A stretch of 60,633 nucleotides of DNA, filler included, from Bipalium vagum (GCA_037834085.1; 3 parts of 3 records of this genome joined end to end with filler, not necessarily neighbours in it), one strand, 5' to 3'; numbered from the whole stretch's first letter, positions 37,821 to 52,859 are shown. A program made the numbers and translations. Notes: generated by a model from the letters alone, not told the origin.

Positions 37821-38835
37821 TTATGTTGTTTTTGTTGTTTTATTATTCATATTGTTAAATGTAAAAAATGATAGTCTTGTATAAAGTTAGCTACGTTTGA
37901 GTAATTTTTGTCACAATATATTTCGATTTTTCAGTAATTTCTTGACTAATTTTGGCAGGTCTTTTACTTTTGGTTGAATCAAAAACACTTGTTCGATCAG
38001 ATGAAAACTCTCGAATCCAGCTGAAAATAGTCACCTGAGATGGAAATTCTTCACTTTTTCAAGCTGAATAATTATTTCTTTCTTTGAGAAATAACACAAA
38101 TGGATCACATTACCAAATTGCACATATTGAAATTTTTTTAATTAACCCAATCTAGTGCAAACAAAAATTTGAATATTTAAACAAATCGCATATTTTCAAA
38201 ATTATATGACACTTATTTTACTTGCAAAGCTTTATTTAAGTATCTTCAATATTTCTCAGAGTTTGAATACGTTTTAGCTCTACCACGTAAAAGAAGTTAT
38301 AAATAATTTTATGAAATAAAAATAAATAAATTACCTATTCTTCTTTGTTGTTTTGCTATGGCAACCCATATATTTTGTTAATTGCTAATTTATTTTTTCC
38401 AATGACAGGTGATTTTAATTTCCTGAAAATTTCATTAATTTAATAGCTAGCTTATTTTCCAAGTATGAGGATTAATTTATTTTTTATTCAACTTAAGTTC
38501 TTTTCATAAAATTTTAGTTACATTTCATAAAATAATATAAAACGGTCGATTTTGCTAAGAAGTGAAGGATATAATTAAACTTTAATTATTGAATTAATGA
38601 TTTTATTCTTAAATAAAACAATAAAAAAAACTTAAAATAATCAATTTTATTGTTTTAAAATGATTTTAAGTCTTAACATTTTTTATTGATTAAAATTATA
38701 AAAAAAATAATTAAAAATGAAAAATACAATTCTGTCCTATTAATTAATTAAGAAATCCTATTTTAATTTTTAAATGATTTTTCATTAAACATATAATATT
38801 TACATATATTATTTCATTATATATTATGTATAATA

Positions 38836-40017
38836 TCAAGGTGGTCGGAAAGTCTTTAGACTAAATTAAGGTAAATCCAATAACTTCATAAAATATATAA
38901 ATAAAAATATATCCATTGTGCTCAATAGTATTCTACCATATTTCCGCAAGCTGATTGATTCTCCTGGCATACCATGCACTGTCTTGAAAGCGAAAAATTC
39001 TCCGCAGGCATTTTCGACCTCATCAACCGAAGCAAATAAGCGTCCCTGTATGAAATTTGTCATTGACTCGAATAGGTGGTAATCAGACTGTAGGCTAGAT
39101 GAGAGAGAAGATCAAATTGCAGCCTTATTCTTTGGTGCCTTACCTTGGAAGTATGAAGGTTTGGCATAATCATGTTAAAGAATAGCGCTTTTTCGATTGA
39201 CTAAGAAAGGATAACGGGACCTCAAAGCAACTTTCTAATTGCATTGAATAGATTTCGGCATTTATGGTTTACCCATTTTGGAGAAGCTCAAATTGCACTA
39301 TTCTCTAGTAATTCTACCAAAGGCAGAGAAGAACCATTTTGTATTGTAAGAGCTTGTTGATTTCAATCGAGCCACTGATTTTGAATGTTATAGGTAGTAA
39401 AATAAATCCATATTTCGTCAGAAGTGATGATTCGTTTAAAAAACCGCTCATCACATGGATTGAATAACATTTTTTTACAAATGTCAATCCTTCGTTTTTA
39501 CTGTTCATAGATTAATTAATAATAGGTTAATTAACATCGTTTGTTAACTTTTTTCAGCCAATGCAAATGATCATGAACTGTTGATTTGGTCACATTTAGT
39601 TCTTCCGAAAGTCTTCGTTGACTTGTGGTTTGATTTGCTTGACGTATGACCTCGGGATCAATCGATAACGGGCGCCGGGTACGTGGTTGGTCATCAAGAT
39701 CAAATCGGCCATTTTTAAATTTTTGATACCAGTTAAAAGCTGTTGCACGATATTTGGATTGGCTTAAGTGACATTATGGCTTAAAGGAAACTCGTACAGC
39801 AAAAGTTCACGAATTACATAGTTGTTAGTTTTCCTTTCCTATATGAAAAATATGAAGGATCTAAATAAAAATCAAAGAATCAATATACCATTTGATTCTG
39901 TAAAACAAATCCTTTAATTTGATATGTAACACTTACTAATAATTTGTTAATGCAACAATAAAAATTATCTAAGCAACGTTGTCAAAAAATAGTCTAAAGA
40001 CTTTTCGACCACCCTAA
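38836..40017 (-). mobile_element. Mariner (DD34D), defective, with both TIRs
   Basis: TA|TCAAGGTGGTCGGAAAGTCTTTAGACTA ... TAGTCTAAAGACTTTTCGACCACCCTAA|TA. Minus strand reads DYHLFESMTNFIQGRLFASVDEVENACGEFF. Confidence 0.9.
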
Positions 40018-40099
40018 TATTATATGATATATAACAATAGAAAAAATGTTACCACTCTTTAAAAAAATTAATTTGAAACGAATTCACTTTAAAATTTAT

Positions 40100-40706
40100 A
40101 TTTTCAGTGCACTGCAGGCTGTATCAGAAGATGATTCAGATAGAATAATAGAATTTTGTAAATGGTACTTGGTAAAATACAATGGTGATGAACATTGTCC
40201 ATTATAAATTGGTTGAAGTGATGAAGCCAATTTTAAATTAAATGGTTCCATCAATCGTCATAATTTTACTTATTGAGCTACTCGAAATCTACAGATTATT
40301 CAAGAAGTAACAGTGTTGTGCGACCTTTCAAATAGCACAACTAATAACTAATCCATAAATAATGTCAATGGATTTTTGCTTCTGCTGTTAACAAAGTTTA
40401 TAGCTCAACACCAGTGACTACCAGTGAACTGAATACTTCCGAGAATGTGCCAAAATTCCCAAAAATATCTTAATGGAAGTTTGCCTTTCAATCGCTTCCC
40501 GATATGAACAATGTTTAAACCGATAGTGTTTTCATTTAGAGCACATTTGTTAGCAAATCATCGTACATTTATGTTATAGATTAACCCATTTACTGTGCAT
40601 AGTTGTCATGCTGTTTTTCTCAATTTTATATGTGAATAATTATCTTGACTAAACAATGTAAGTTATGTACTTCTAAAAACTTTAAAAAATTTTTTGAGAC
40701 ATTCTA
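40100..40706 (+). mobile_element. rosa/DD41D-like relic
   Basis: EDDSDRIIEFCKW and *SDEANFKLNGSINRHNFTY*ATRN. Confidence 0.65.
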
Positions 40707-40890
40707 TATTTTACCAGTAAACACATTTCATCAATTGACAACTAAATTTATTTAAAAGTTTATTATTATGAACCATGTTTCGAATTTCATCAGCTTATTT
40801 TATATTATTAATATTTGATATTAAACATTTTAATTCATTTTAAATTAAAATATTTTATCAGATTTTGATTGGTTAAAATTATCCTGATTA

Positions 40891-41109
40891 CAAGGGTGAT
40901 TCAAAAGTTCGTGCTCAGAATCCGGAACTGAAATTGGGTAGCTTGGAAAGAGTTTTTCGAATCAAAACACAACAATTGGTACTTTGATCAGATAAGATTG
41001 CTCGGACATTGGTGGCGTAAAATCATTGAAGCTGGTGGATTTATTTTTGAAGAATATTGCTATTGTTGTAAATATATAATTTTGAGCACGAACTTTAGGA
41101 TCACCCTAG
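40891..41109 (+). mobile_element. Mariner-derived MITE (219 bp)
   Basis: TA|CAAGGGTGATTCAAAAGTTCGTGCTCA ... TGAGCACGAACTTTAGGATCACCCTAG|TA. Retains the transposase C-terminus WRKIIEAGGFIFEE. Confidence 0.88.
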
Positions 41110-41299
41110 TATAAATCTTAAAATTAAAATGGGTCCGAAGATTGAGGTAACATGTAACGCCTAAAAATCTGGGAAAAGTTTTTCAGTTGCCCTTAATTTA
41201 AATATTTTTAGAAACCATATATCAACCAGTATATGTATATTGCTTCGAAAATTTTTATCAATATCTGTTTGCATTTTTTTTAATATTTTAATAGGTAAC

Positions 41300-42345
41300 G
41301 AAAACATGATTCAAATGAAAACATTCTAAGAAATAGAGTGCACCTTCAAGAACATGCATCCAAGTTTCATTAAAGGCAGTAATGCTTGAAGATGTGCCAA
41401 AATCCATGTTATATTCCATTCTTACACGATTGAAAAATAACTTTAATACATAGAGAAAAGTTAAATCCAGTCGAAAAAATGTTAAGATTCGTCAAACTTA
41501 AGTAGGCCATTTGACGAAACTTGTTGACCATAAGTTGGAATTACCAGAAAAATTATAATATACCAATAATATGATAAAGATAAAAAAAATTATATCAAAA
41601 GAAGGTTAAAGTCCTCAAACAAAATCAGGTTCAAAAGGGTGCTCTTCGTCCCAATCATAAAGACTTTCCAGACAAAAATATTGGAATGAATCCTAATTAC
41701 ATTTAACCAATTCTAAATTATCTCTCAACTGCAAATATTACACCTCAGATAACCATATAACTAATGAGGTTGCCAAGTTTGAAAAAAAATTGCTGGCTTG
41801 TGTGACTACATGTCAAAAGGGTTTTACATTGCATCGTCTAAACTAAATGTCAAGAAGCAGGTCTACATTAAGTGATGCCTAAAGCATAGTTGACTCCTTT
41901 TGTCAGGTCAGTGCGAGGAAATGACAAAATTGTCTTTGAGTCTGAATTTTCATCATTGCATTGTGTGAAAGACACTCAAAATGTGCAAAAGACAACAATA
42001 TTTACTTTTTGCAAAAAATGTCAACCGGGTTAAAGATCCAGAAATTTGTCCAATCTAGGGTTATTCAAGTGAAATCAACAGATTGATGTATGCTAATAAT
42101 AGCAAGCCAGAGAATTGCAGCAACTTGTACATCGCTTACGTTACGTGTTCAAGAAAGTCACTATTTTTAAAAAAAACCAATTTCCAAAGCTTGCTTCACT
42201 TCAGTAGACTGTCTGCAGATATGACAATCATTGATTTTTATAAACTCATATGTGTACTTTTGAAAAAATTTTCCCGAATGAAATCTGGTGTTTTATTAAG
42301 TTTCTATTTATTATAATTTTGTCCAGATTTACAGGCCCCGAGTGT
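41300..42345 (+). mobile_element. Degraded Tc1-like relic
   Basis: KFEKKLLACV and DPEICPI* resemble the same ITm class as 48900-49730. Confidence 0.45.
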
Positions 42346-42399
42346 TATGCTTAATTGTTTAACCATCTTTTAGTTTCAAGGCAACAATGAGTGCAGTAA

Positions 42400-42727
42400 A
42401 ACAAGTGCCCTTTGATTCCAATAACATCTACCTCGAGAAAAAAAATTTGCAAAAAGACTGATTTTTACTGCAGATCGGCAATTATCTCAGGGAGTCTGTG
42501 ACTGTACTGAGGTGACTTAAGCAATTTCGACTTATTCGAAACTGTATATATAAACGCCAGACCACACGTCGCGCAATCTACAATACAAAAATTGAATGAC
42601 TTTCATATTGAAACTCTGCCTCACTCAGCCTATTAACCAGACCTCTCACTTACTGATTACTATTTTTCAAATATCTGGACAAGTTCCTTAGCGGGAGAAC
42701 CTTCCTCAATGTGGATGACGTCATTCA
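42400..42727 (+). mobile_element. Mariner 3' relic truncated by a gap
   Basis: NARPHVAQST, ETLPHSAY*PDLSLTDY and YLDKFLSGRTF. Confidence 0.8.
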
Positions 42728-42827
42728 NNNNNNNNNNNNNNNNNNNNNNNNNNNNNNNNNNNNNNNNNNNNTTAATTAATTAANNNNNNNNNNNNNNNNN
42801 NNNNNNNNNNNNNNNNNNNNNNNNNNN
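42728..42827. other. Assembly gap with artificial TTAATTAATTAA spacer
   Basis: 44 N + ttaattaattaa + 44 N. Confidence 0.95.
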
Positions 42828-45486
42828 TACAGTGTACGGAATTAAATGTTCAAATAAAAGAGGTGTTCAGCTAACAAAGGTGTTCATTTATGTAGGTTTC
42901 ACTGTACTACAATTTCCCTTATTCAACAATTTTTAAATGATCCCTTCAAAAACGTACAAACGGGGTTTCAAATTATTTTCTTAAATACTTCTGAAAAATT
43001 ATTATCATTACCAATTTCTTTTTATCTTCGTTTGAAATTTTTACACAAAATAAATGATTTTTCTATTGTTTAAGTAAACTAGTCAAATATTTATTAATAA
43101 ATTATTGATTTAAAAAATTATAAAATAAGAGGAAAATAAGTCAAAAAAGATAATTGAAAAACAAACACAATGAATAAAAAATTTATTAAAAATCGATTGG
43201 CAATTTCTCAATTGAATATTTTGTCTCCACATTCATTCATATAGATATAATTCCTAATATGAATTCATTTACAGTATCTTAGTCTTCAGTTTCCTCCAAA
43301 TCGAGTCAGTTCTTTGGGTTTGAGCATTTTCAAACAGTTGACAATGGGCTATGTATTTCGTGTAGCAGCATCATATAACACAATCAGTGTTTTTATGTAC
43401 ATTCCTTGAATATTTTGCCAAAACAATCGGATTTATCTAAAAACATTAATAAGGTAACATAAGTATTATAAATTACCTGATAGTCTTAACAAACTGTTTT
43501 CTCTTAAAAGCAGAATTGCATCGGATAGAGAACCTCCACCACTATGCTGTTTATTAATTTAATATCCATTTCTTTAATATCAACAAAAAAGTATAATATT
43601 TACAAATAAAATCTGTCAAAATATACTTGATGTAATTGATTGGTCAAAAAACATGATCCAAAATATTTTAATACACAACTTATTTAATTTAAAGTGTAAC
43701 TAAATGGTTTTAATTTTGCAACGTAATTATAATACATTCCATGATAATAAAGGATAATGTAATATGGAAAAGATAATACATTCAAGGCAAAACTGTGAGA
43801 TCATTTAGGCAGATCAACATTCATATCAGAATGAAAATGGAAAAGAAATGAAGCAAACCAGTTCGATGACTTCATTAATGTTTTTATGTTTATGTACAAT
43901 GAAGCATTTAATCAGAATTGCAATACATAAATATATGATTCATGATAAGGTCTAGATTTTTATTTCACATGAAATGGTTGAATCTCAATAAATTTCGTTC
44001 TTCATTTTGATTTATGATCTTGGCCTTGTATGAGGTATTCTTCTTCCATATAAACATGGATTTCTCTACATTATTTATTTACTTCAATTTTCCAAAATCT
44101 CATTCGTTTAAAATACTTTTAATATTATAATAATATAATAATTATAATATTATATAATAATTATAAACTTATAATTTAATTTAGCTGAAAATTGTAATTA
44201 AATATTATTAAGCTTATAAACTTTGATACAGACATTTTTGAGTAACATTTTTATCTATGTTAAAGTAAATTAAATTTGCTGTCGAATAAGGTATAGTTTG
44301 CTTTGGTTAATGCGATATATTATTTTGTGTCAAGATAATTTTGATTAAACATTAAAAATTTTAAGAACTCGTTTAACTTTTTATCTAATTTTACACATTT
44401 CTTATAAAGTCAGTTAAAGTGAAATCAAATAATAAAACAATATATAACTTTTAGCGAAATTTAAGATATATAAAACTAAAATTTTCAATCCAGGTGTTGC
44501 AAAAACCTCTTAGACAGCATTTTTAGTTAGCTAACCTTCGTCCCAGTCTCCAGTTAATTGATCTCAAAATCAGCTCTAACCTTTAATTGCTTACCTATAT
44601 ATAACGCCACATCTTTTTCTCATAGCAATAAATAAATATTTTATTTTTATTTTTTAACTAAATTTACTTTTCTATTAAAACATTGTTATTTAGAAGTTCG
44701 TTAAGTGATAATGGATAGTTTAATTAGAAATATTCATTTAATTTGCTGTTCTAGATATGCTGATGTTTTTATATAGTATTAATTTCTTTACATTTTCATT
44801 TTTAGGTTTCTTGATATAAATTTTAATAAAAACAAAAAGTTTTGTAAAATTTTCAGAATAATGTTATTTGTTGTAGCATAACTGAAAAAATATCCGATTA
44901 TCATTATTTTATTTCTTTAATTTGTTGTTAGTTTACAATTGCTAAAAATATTATTTTTACTATTAATTATTAATAATATTACTATTACTATTATTATTTT
45001 ATATTATTATAACTATATAACCATTGTAAACATATCCTTTAAAGCAGCAAGGGGATACGCTGAAATGTTACCCGATAAAAAGATATGTACTATTTTGCCA
45101 AAAATTAAAAAGTTATTAATTTCGATTCCACAATATAAACAGATAAAGCTTGATCTTATTGCTGTCCAGAAACAGGAGTTCATACACAAAATGTGGAAAG
45201 TTTTAATAATAAACTAAATAAAAAAACAAAGATAGGCAAGGAATTGATGAAGATAAAAGAAAAGATTTCTTAAATGAATTTATGTTTCTAAAATCATCTA
45301 ATCAAATAAATATTGGTCTAGTGATTGTCAGATTTAATTGACTACATAATGTTGTTGTCAAATCTGATAGCATCACTTTGTGATTGTCAGATTTAATAGA
45401 TCCAACAATTATTCACCTTATATAATTAATTTAATATTACGTTATTTGGAATACTATTTATAAATTAAAATTGATGTTATATTTAG

Positions 45487-45748
45487 ACAACTTCAGTGCC
45501 ATACACAAGGACAACCTGGGAATGTTCCAACTTCCAATTGCTCAAATCGACCACAATACTTTGAGAAATTTATCCCAGACAATTTACAGCAACCCAGATT
45601 TCCGTTTGAATTAATTCCTCACTTGCAAATAAAATATAATCCATATCGTACAAATAATATTCATTCCCAAAAATTTCCTCAAGTTGATTATTCGAAACCT
45701 TTTCACTGGGCTATTAAAAATAATCTCGCCTCAGCCGAACAAAAAAAT
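45487..45748 (+). other. Candidate coding exon, unknown product
   Basis: Acceptor atttag|, donor |gtaatt, 87 open codons (QLQCHTQGQPGNVPTSNCSNRPQYFEKFIPDNLQQPRFPFELIPHLQIKYNPYR...AEQKN). GC-richer than flanks and without transposase motifs. Confidence 0.4.
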
Positions 45749-46119
45749 GTAATTTTTATGTATAAACTTAATCAAATAATTTCATTGTTAATTAAAATTA
45801 ATGAAAATAGTTTTTTTTTCATTTCTTTAAGCTGGTGCAAAAATAATATCGCTTTTATTTATTTACTAATAATATTTGTTTTATAAATCTAAGAGTACAT
45901 ATTATTCAAATAATAATAATTATTATTTTGGTAACACCAAAAGGTTAAATTTCACTTATTATATTTATAATAAATAATTTTCAATGATTACTAATTATTA
46001 TTATTATATTGATTATCAATTTTTTATAGATTTAAAGTAAAAACTAAATTAAAAAAATTTTCTGGTAAAAGTATAAATAAAGCTAAAGCCAGAGAAACTG
46101 ATCGGAAAAATTAATATAC

Positions 46120-47060
46120 CATTTGATTGAGGAACAGTTAAGGATCATATGCTGCTAGGTTCCTATGAGCGATTTTGCTACGGACACGAGACTCTTGAAA
46201 GTCACGAAGGTCGCAACCGTACACCTGACATCAACAATGACCAGATAAAGAAGATAATCGAAGCGAATCCATCAAAAATCACTAAATAAGTAACATGAAA
46301 ACCAAAAGTTGACTAAATCATTCCGCTTTGTCATTTAAATCAGATTGAAAAGGTAAAAGAGATGGATAGGTGAGTACCATATCAGTTAAGTAAAAAACAA
46401 AAAAATCCACTTTGTAAAGTAGAATTTTCATTGCTTTTGCTCCAGAACATTTATTATTATTGTTACCCATTTATCATCGAATCGTAATGTTGGATGCGAA
46501 ATATATTCTAAGACATACAATGACTTTAGGCAAAAAATTTTAACCATAATGAAGCTCCTAAGTACCATGAAGCTCTTTGCACCAAAATTTTTGGTATTTC
46601 ACTGTCTGCCTAATCCAACACATCTTTCTAAACCCTTGCGAAACTATTACGACAAAGAGTTACAGTTAACATGTACAAGAAATGAATGAAAAACTGAAAC
46701 TTTCCATCCCGGATTTGATGAATACAAAGGGATTGATTATTGTGGACGAACAAGTTCAACCAAATTTCACAACAGTTTCAAAATTGTAATGATTTAGGGT
46801 ACGAAATTTTGTGTCAACATCATACTCACTAAACCTTTCACCAACAGTATTTTTATAGCACATGGACACAATGCTGAAAAGACTTTTAATGAGTTAGTGA
46901 CCAGGCCCAGAAGTCTGTTATTCAACCGGGAAAAATGAACTTGTTACTCACTGGCAGAACTGAAATGTGTATTAAAAATTATATCTTGATTAATAAATTT
47001 TATTTTAGCTGAGTTATAACGATTTTTCTTTCAGTTAAAAAATTTTTTTTTCAGATACCA
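46120..47060 (+). mobile_element. Degraded mariner relic
   Basis: PDINNDQIKKIIEANPSK and KVKEMDR*VPYQLS (a WVPH equivalent). Confidence 0.7.
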
Positions 47061-48899
47061 AATAGGTAAACTAGTAAATATCATTATTGTGAGAATCTAA
47101 AAATATCTGAGTAACATATTTAATTTTTTAATTTAATTTGCTGTATATTGAACTAAAAGATTTTAATTAAATAAAAGTATAAATTAAATTTTTAATAAAA
47201 ACAAGTATAAATTTTAAAGCTCAATATATTCGAATTAAATGCGAAAATTTTATAAGTGAAAAGTATAAAAATTTCATTTGTTTTAATAGCAATTTGAACA
47301 AAACAGAAAACGGTTTGAAAAAATAAATTATTATGGATAGTAACGATTTTTTAGCCACTCCTAACAATTATAATTTTTCAACAAAACATGTTTAGAATTT
47401 CAATCTAAATATCACTGTTGATCGTTGCAAAAGTTTTACCCGATTTTATAAAAAAAGGCAAAAATTCAAAATTAAATAAAAAGGATTTTATTAATCATTA
47501 TGACAGTCACTATTTTTCTCTACAATTAGTTTCCAACGATCTACAATAAAAACGAACATTATTAAAAATATAAAATAAATATAACGTCACTGAATAATAG
47601 AGAACATATTAAAAACCGTATTTCGCTTGAATTAAAATTATCAATTTTATCATATTAAAAATTAATTTTCTTTTTTTTAAATTACATCTTTTAATTTATT
47701 AAATATGAAAATATATTAATAAATAATTAATTTGATTTTAATAGAATTTCAGTATTGATATATTGATTGGTGTTAATATTTATTTTAATTTATATTTTTT
47801 TAAAAAATAAAAAAAAATAAACAATACGTTAAATAATTTTTTTTATCAAAAGACAATTATGTGTACATTCATTGTTGCGATCATTTATCAGTTGGTTTAA
47901 ACAATGTTTTGATTTTTAAAATATTTATGAAAATTAATTACACCTTATTAATTTTTTAACATTGACTTCAATGTACTTATTATAAATAAAGTATATTTAT
48001 CTTAATAAATTTTATCAGTGTTATTTATTGTTTTTTTTTGCTAAGCTCTTATTGCGATATATTCAGATCATCAGAAAATAATATCAATTTAGACAAGTAC
48101 CTGAAAATTAAATTGATAAAAATATTATATTGATCATAGTCTGATAAGGTCGGGCTTTATTTAATTACTTTTTTAAGATGTAACACAACAAATTTTATTT
48201 TAATAATTTTACAATCTCTTAATTTTCTCTTCTTCATTTTATCGATAAAAATTAACAAATGGTTACATTTTTCTTTAAAAACTTGCGATCCTAATAATTT
48301 CGTAATATTTTTTTTCTTATATTTACTTGCTTAAAACTATAATTTTAGAATAAACTTAATTTAAAAACTTCGTTTTCCTTTACTAAGCATATATTATTAA
48401 TTATTAATTACTTATAAATAATTAAATTATTAAAATTATTGTTATTAATATATTATTATTGTTATTATTTTTAATTATTATTATTATTACCGTATTCGGT
48501 AATACTTATTATTTATTAAACAAAAAGCAAACAATAATGTGAATGTGAAGACAAAAAGGTAAGAAAATAAAAATATTACGTATTATAAATAGTTTTAATT
48601 ACTTAGAACTTTTTACAGAAAGCTGCAAATCTTGTTTTCAAAGTGCTTCTTTAAATTAGAAAAATTAATATAAAAACATTAAATTAAATTACTGAAAATT
48701 TTAATTAAACGAATCTATAAAATCTCATTTTAAATATTCGTGAATTATTGATGAATAACGATATTAAAATTTATTTCTTTTGTATCTACAATTTTCTTGT
48801 TTAAATTAATTAATTTTTTATTTATTTTCATTTCTATATCACCTAGAATGCTGTTTATTGCTATAAAAATAAAATAATCTTTTTCCAAGGTAATAATAA

Positions 48900-49730
48900 A
48901 TTACTTAATTTAGAAAATATATTTTGAGTGTCAAAGGGTTCACAAATTTATTTCGATTGGGCGCATTTGAGGAATATTTGGTAGATTTTCTTCTTTAGAA
49001 ACGTATGGAATTTTTAAGAGCTCCATTTCTGATTAGCTATCTTTGGCTTAATGTGCTGAAGTAAGGTCTGGCCAAACAATAACATTTTCTTCTTAGTGGT
49101 GTTTTGTAATAAAATCCTGTAACTCTCAGCATTCATTGCTAAACCAGATTCAAAAAATTGAAGTTTAGACATTCCCTTCTCTGAAATGGTGAGACACAAC
49201 AAAACCTTTGATGGAACCTTGGTGTACTCGATAAATTTTAATTAGACAGCAATTTCATTTTGAAAATTATCAAAGTAGTCAGTACCCTGATACTTGTTGC
49301 CATCCAGAGTGAATAGCTCTCATCATCTATGATGCAAGTTACAATTTTTTTTAGCAAATATATTTGTCACTAACTTTTTAAGCCGTTGTTTTTGAATCTG
49401 TTCTTGCTGCACACTTTCCTGTGACTTGGTTTTTCGTAACTTTGGATCTGAATCTCTCCTAAGTATTTCTTGATATTTTGTCCAGTGCAATTAAATTTCG
49501 TACAAAGTTCCCTGTAGGACTTATGCAATTCTTCATACAGTTATATTTTTTAATCTTTGAAATTGTTTTGAACCCTTAAGGAGAGTATAACTGTCTCTAA
49601 CTACTTTTTTTTCAACGCTTTTATTATTCTCGGGTCAACTTAAACTATAACCAGTTCTCCGTCTGAAACTCAGAGATTCAAAATGCTTGACAATGTCTGC
49701 TCTCTTCCAGTTGCTATTTCGTTCATAAAA
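48900..49730 (-). mobile_element. Tc1-like (DDE) relic of the WPDLA.SH...RPIE type
   Basis: Minus strand reads KVPSKVLLCLTISEKGMS, VWPDLTSAH* and NIPQMRPIE. Confidence 0.75.
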
Positions 49731-51799
49731 AACAAATCTAATCACGAAATTGTTGTTCATTTAACTTCATTATAGTTATTTGATTATCCGATTGAAATCA
49801 ATAGTAATAATAATTGGTTAATTCCATTCTCTCTTCTATAGAAGTATGTTTGTTGTAAAGATTCAATAATGCATACATTAGTAATAATAAATAATAAAAA
49901 ATAAAAATAGCAATAATTATAATAATAAATATTATCATTATTATAAGCATTGTAATTTGGGGTTTTTTAAGAAATCTCAATAATATGTTAATATAATAAA
50001 AATATGAATATTTCTCTAAAAATTAAAAAAATATTAAATTTTAGGATTAGCAATATTAAAAAAAGATACACTGCTATGACAAAATATATTTTTAATATTG
50101 AAAATAAACGGTTAAGTAATAATCTAAATAATTATATAAAATTTGAGGAAAAGGCTTAGACAGTATTTTCAAGAGAAAATAACCATTGTACTATTGAATA
50201 ATGGAAATTAAGGAAAAATAAAATTGGAAATTTGTATAATAAATTATATTTCTAAATTTTAATTATTTTACCACTTCTCTTTCTCTACTAATATTTTTTG
50301 CATTTATTGATTTGCAATCAAGAGAAGATATTTATTTTTTAATGATTTATTAATTAACATAGATAATCTTGATTCCCAAACAGATTTTATCAAACCATTG
50401 AATTATAATGTCACACAAGGTTTTCCGAAATATTAATTCCTCTTTTTCAAAATGTTTTATCATTTTTTCAAAATATTTAATCCACTAATAAAAGCTATAT
50501 TAAAAATGATTAAAGGGTATGTTTTATTCACAATTTAAAAATCTTCTCTTGCAGCGGATTTAAAAAGGTATCTTTCCATATTTCTAAAGAACACTTAGCA
50601 TTTTTCTATTGTAATGTTTTATGAGATTGATGTTATTGGTTGGTGTAATTTTTCAGGATAACTATAATTCAATACCTTTTTTTCCTTTCTATCACTGAAT
50701 GCTTCCTCATTTGAATTGAGTTAGGGCGTATAAGGTAGGACATAAGTAAGGGTTTGTCCAATTGCAGTAGTTTGTTTATGATATTGGACATTATCACAAA
50801 TTAAAACTATATCATTAAATTCTTCATACTTCAAACATACCATTTTTCTGATTTCATTAGATACATTTTGATATTTTCGCTTAGTTTTCTATTATTATAG
50901 TTTTATTTTTTAAAGAAAGTATTTTAAATATGATTAAATTAGTATTACTTATTTTGAAAAAGATGATTAAATATTTTTGGAAAAGTGTATTATTGTTGTT
51001 GAAAATACTTTTAAATTTATTAATTCATTAACTTTTAACTGTCGTTAAATTAAATTTCAAAATAAAATACAAAACATTACTTAGTAAATAATTACATTAG
51101 ATTAAATTAATTTAACACGGGATATTTTTAAAAAATGCCTTCAGTTAAACATTTATATAATTATTCTTTATTAACAAATTCTATTATTTATAAACCACTG
51201 CATTATAAATATCAATAAGACATAAAAATTCCCATGGTCCTAATGTTCTCCTTTATAAATATTGATAATATATATAATATAAAATATAGTAATAAAATTT
51301 AATAGCATATTTTTTGTGAGTAATATTTCGTGTAAAGAATTTCAGCTATCAAGTTTAATTATTTTTAATAATTTTAGATTTTTATTTTGAAATAATTTTG
51401 TAACGAAAATTTTTAGCCGAGTTTTAAAATTAACCTGACCAAAGTTTCTCCAAAAGTCAATATTGACAAAAAAATAATTTTGTAAAATTCAAATTCACCC
51501 AAAAGAAAAATATATTAACACTTTTAGTACAATTTTTTTTAATTAAGTAATTGCTCATTTATTGAAATATATTTTTAAGTAACATTTTTACAGGGTTTGT
51601 CACGTCATTTTTAAATTTTGTCCTGTAAAAAATTACCCTGTAATTTAACATGTTAAATATGAATGAAATATTTCATTAATATTACTTTCAAATTTTTATT
51701 TCTTCTTAAAAATCAAGTAAAAGAAAATTGATAAATAACAATTTTCGAGTTTTTTCTTATTGCAAGTATGAAAAAAGGATTAAAATATTACTAGTCATA

Positions 51800-52540
51800 T
51801 TTTCGTGATACTGAAATAATCTAAATCACCTCACCATGCGTTTTCAAATGTTTTATAATCATTTTGGGACTACCAATGCATGTTTTAGCTAACTGTTCAA
51901 CTTGAATTTAATTCTACCTTGATGAGTAAATGAGTATTTTCAATAACGTTCCTGAGCCTAACACGATTTCCCTTTTATCTGATCTCAATGAAAAATCAAT
52001 CTTATATTGCAATGTCACTAGAAAAGATTTTGGGATAAGGAAGGTAAAACTCCTTTAAAGGCGCCCAGGATTAGATTTCATTTACGAAAATATTATTATC
52101 TGTGTGACTGAATTATAAAGAAATCAACCATTATGAATTGCTTTCACACAATAAACATTTATCAATTTCAAAAAGTTTTTTTTTCAGTTAGCAGATCTTA
52201 AGATAAATATCGATGTCAATTGAGTATTGTCTAACATCACAAAACAAAATTTATGGTGAATGGATGAAATCTTATTACTGGATCGCCACACACACCTGAC
52301 CTTTCTCTTTTGGAATAGCATTTATTATTATTCTCCTAAAATTCATTAAGAGATAGGTTCAGTGAAGGCCATCAAAATCCGCTTACGAAATTTACTATAA
52401 TTTCCACCAGGGATTTTCAACTACCAGTTCGATAGTTTAGAGAATAGAAAATATTTTGTTAAATAAGTGTTAAAAACTCCTATATGTTTGTCTTTCATTT
52501 TCGTGGTCAAAATCAATAGGACTTTTCGGATTACACAATA
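51800..52540 (+). mobile_element. Highly degraded mariner relic
   Basis: Decayed *VPE and PHTPDLS motifs, ending in TIR-like aggacttttcggattacacaata. Confidence 0.5.
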
Positions 52541-52859
52541 AGAAAACATTTGCAAAAACTAATTATTGAAATCAGACCTTTCTTGACAACTCAACATTTG
52601 TTGTCATTTTACATAGAAAATTTTAAGAATTTTTATTTAAGGATTCAACAAAATTAATAAATGAGACAAGAGTTGCTTAAAGAAATGTATATGTATTAAG
52701 TATTGCTAGGAATTAAAATAAATCAGCCTTTAACTTTACATATTGTTATTAAGTAAGTAAGAAAATAATTGTGCTTTTATATATTCAAAATTGGCAATAC
52801 ATTTTTTGGCATTAATTTAAATTGGCATTAATTTAAATTCCATTTGAAAGCATAGAACG

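Noticed and set aside
43261-43530. Two possible minus-strand exons split by a 40-nt GT-AG intron
   Set aside because: The joined frame stops after about 14 codons and I recognise no homology.
44939-45217. 92-aa ORF containing LDLIAVQ (APE-endonuclease-like)
   Set aside because: It is a single short motif with a low-complexity N-terminal half, which is insufficient.
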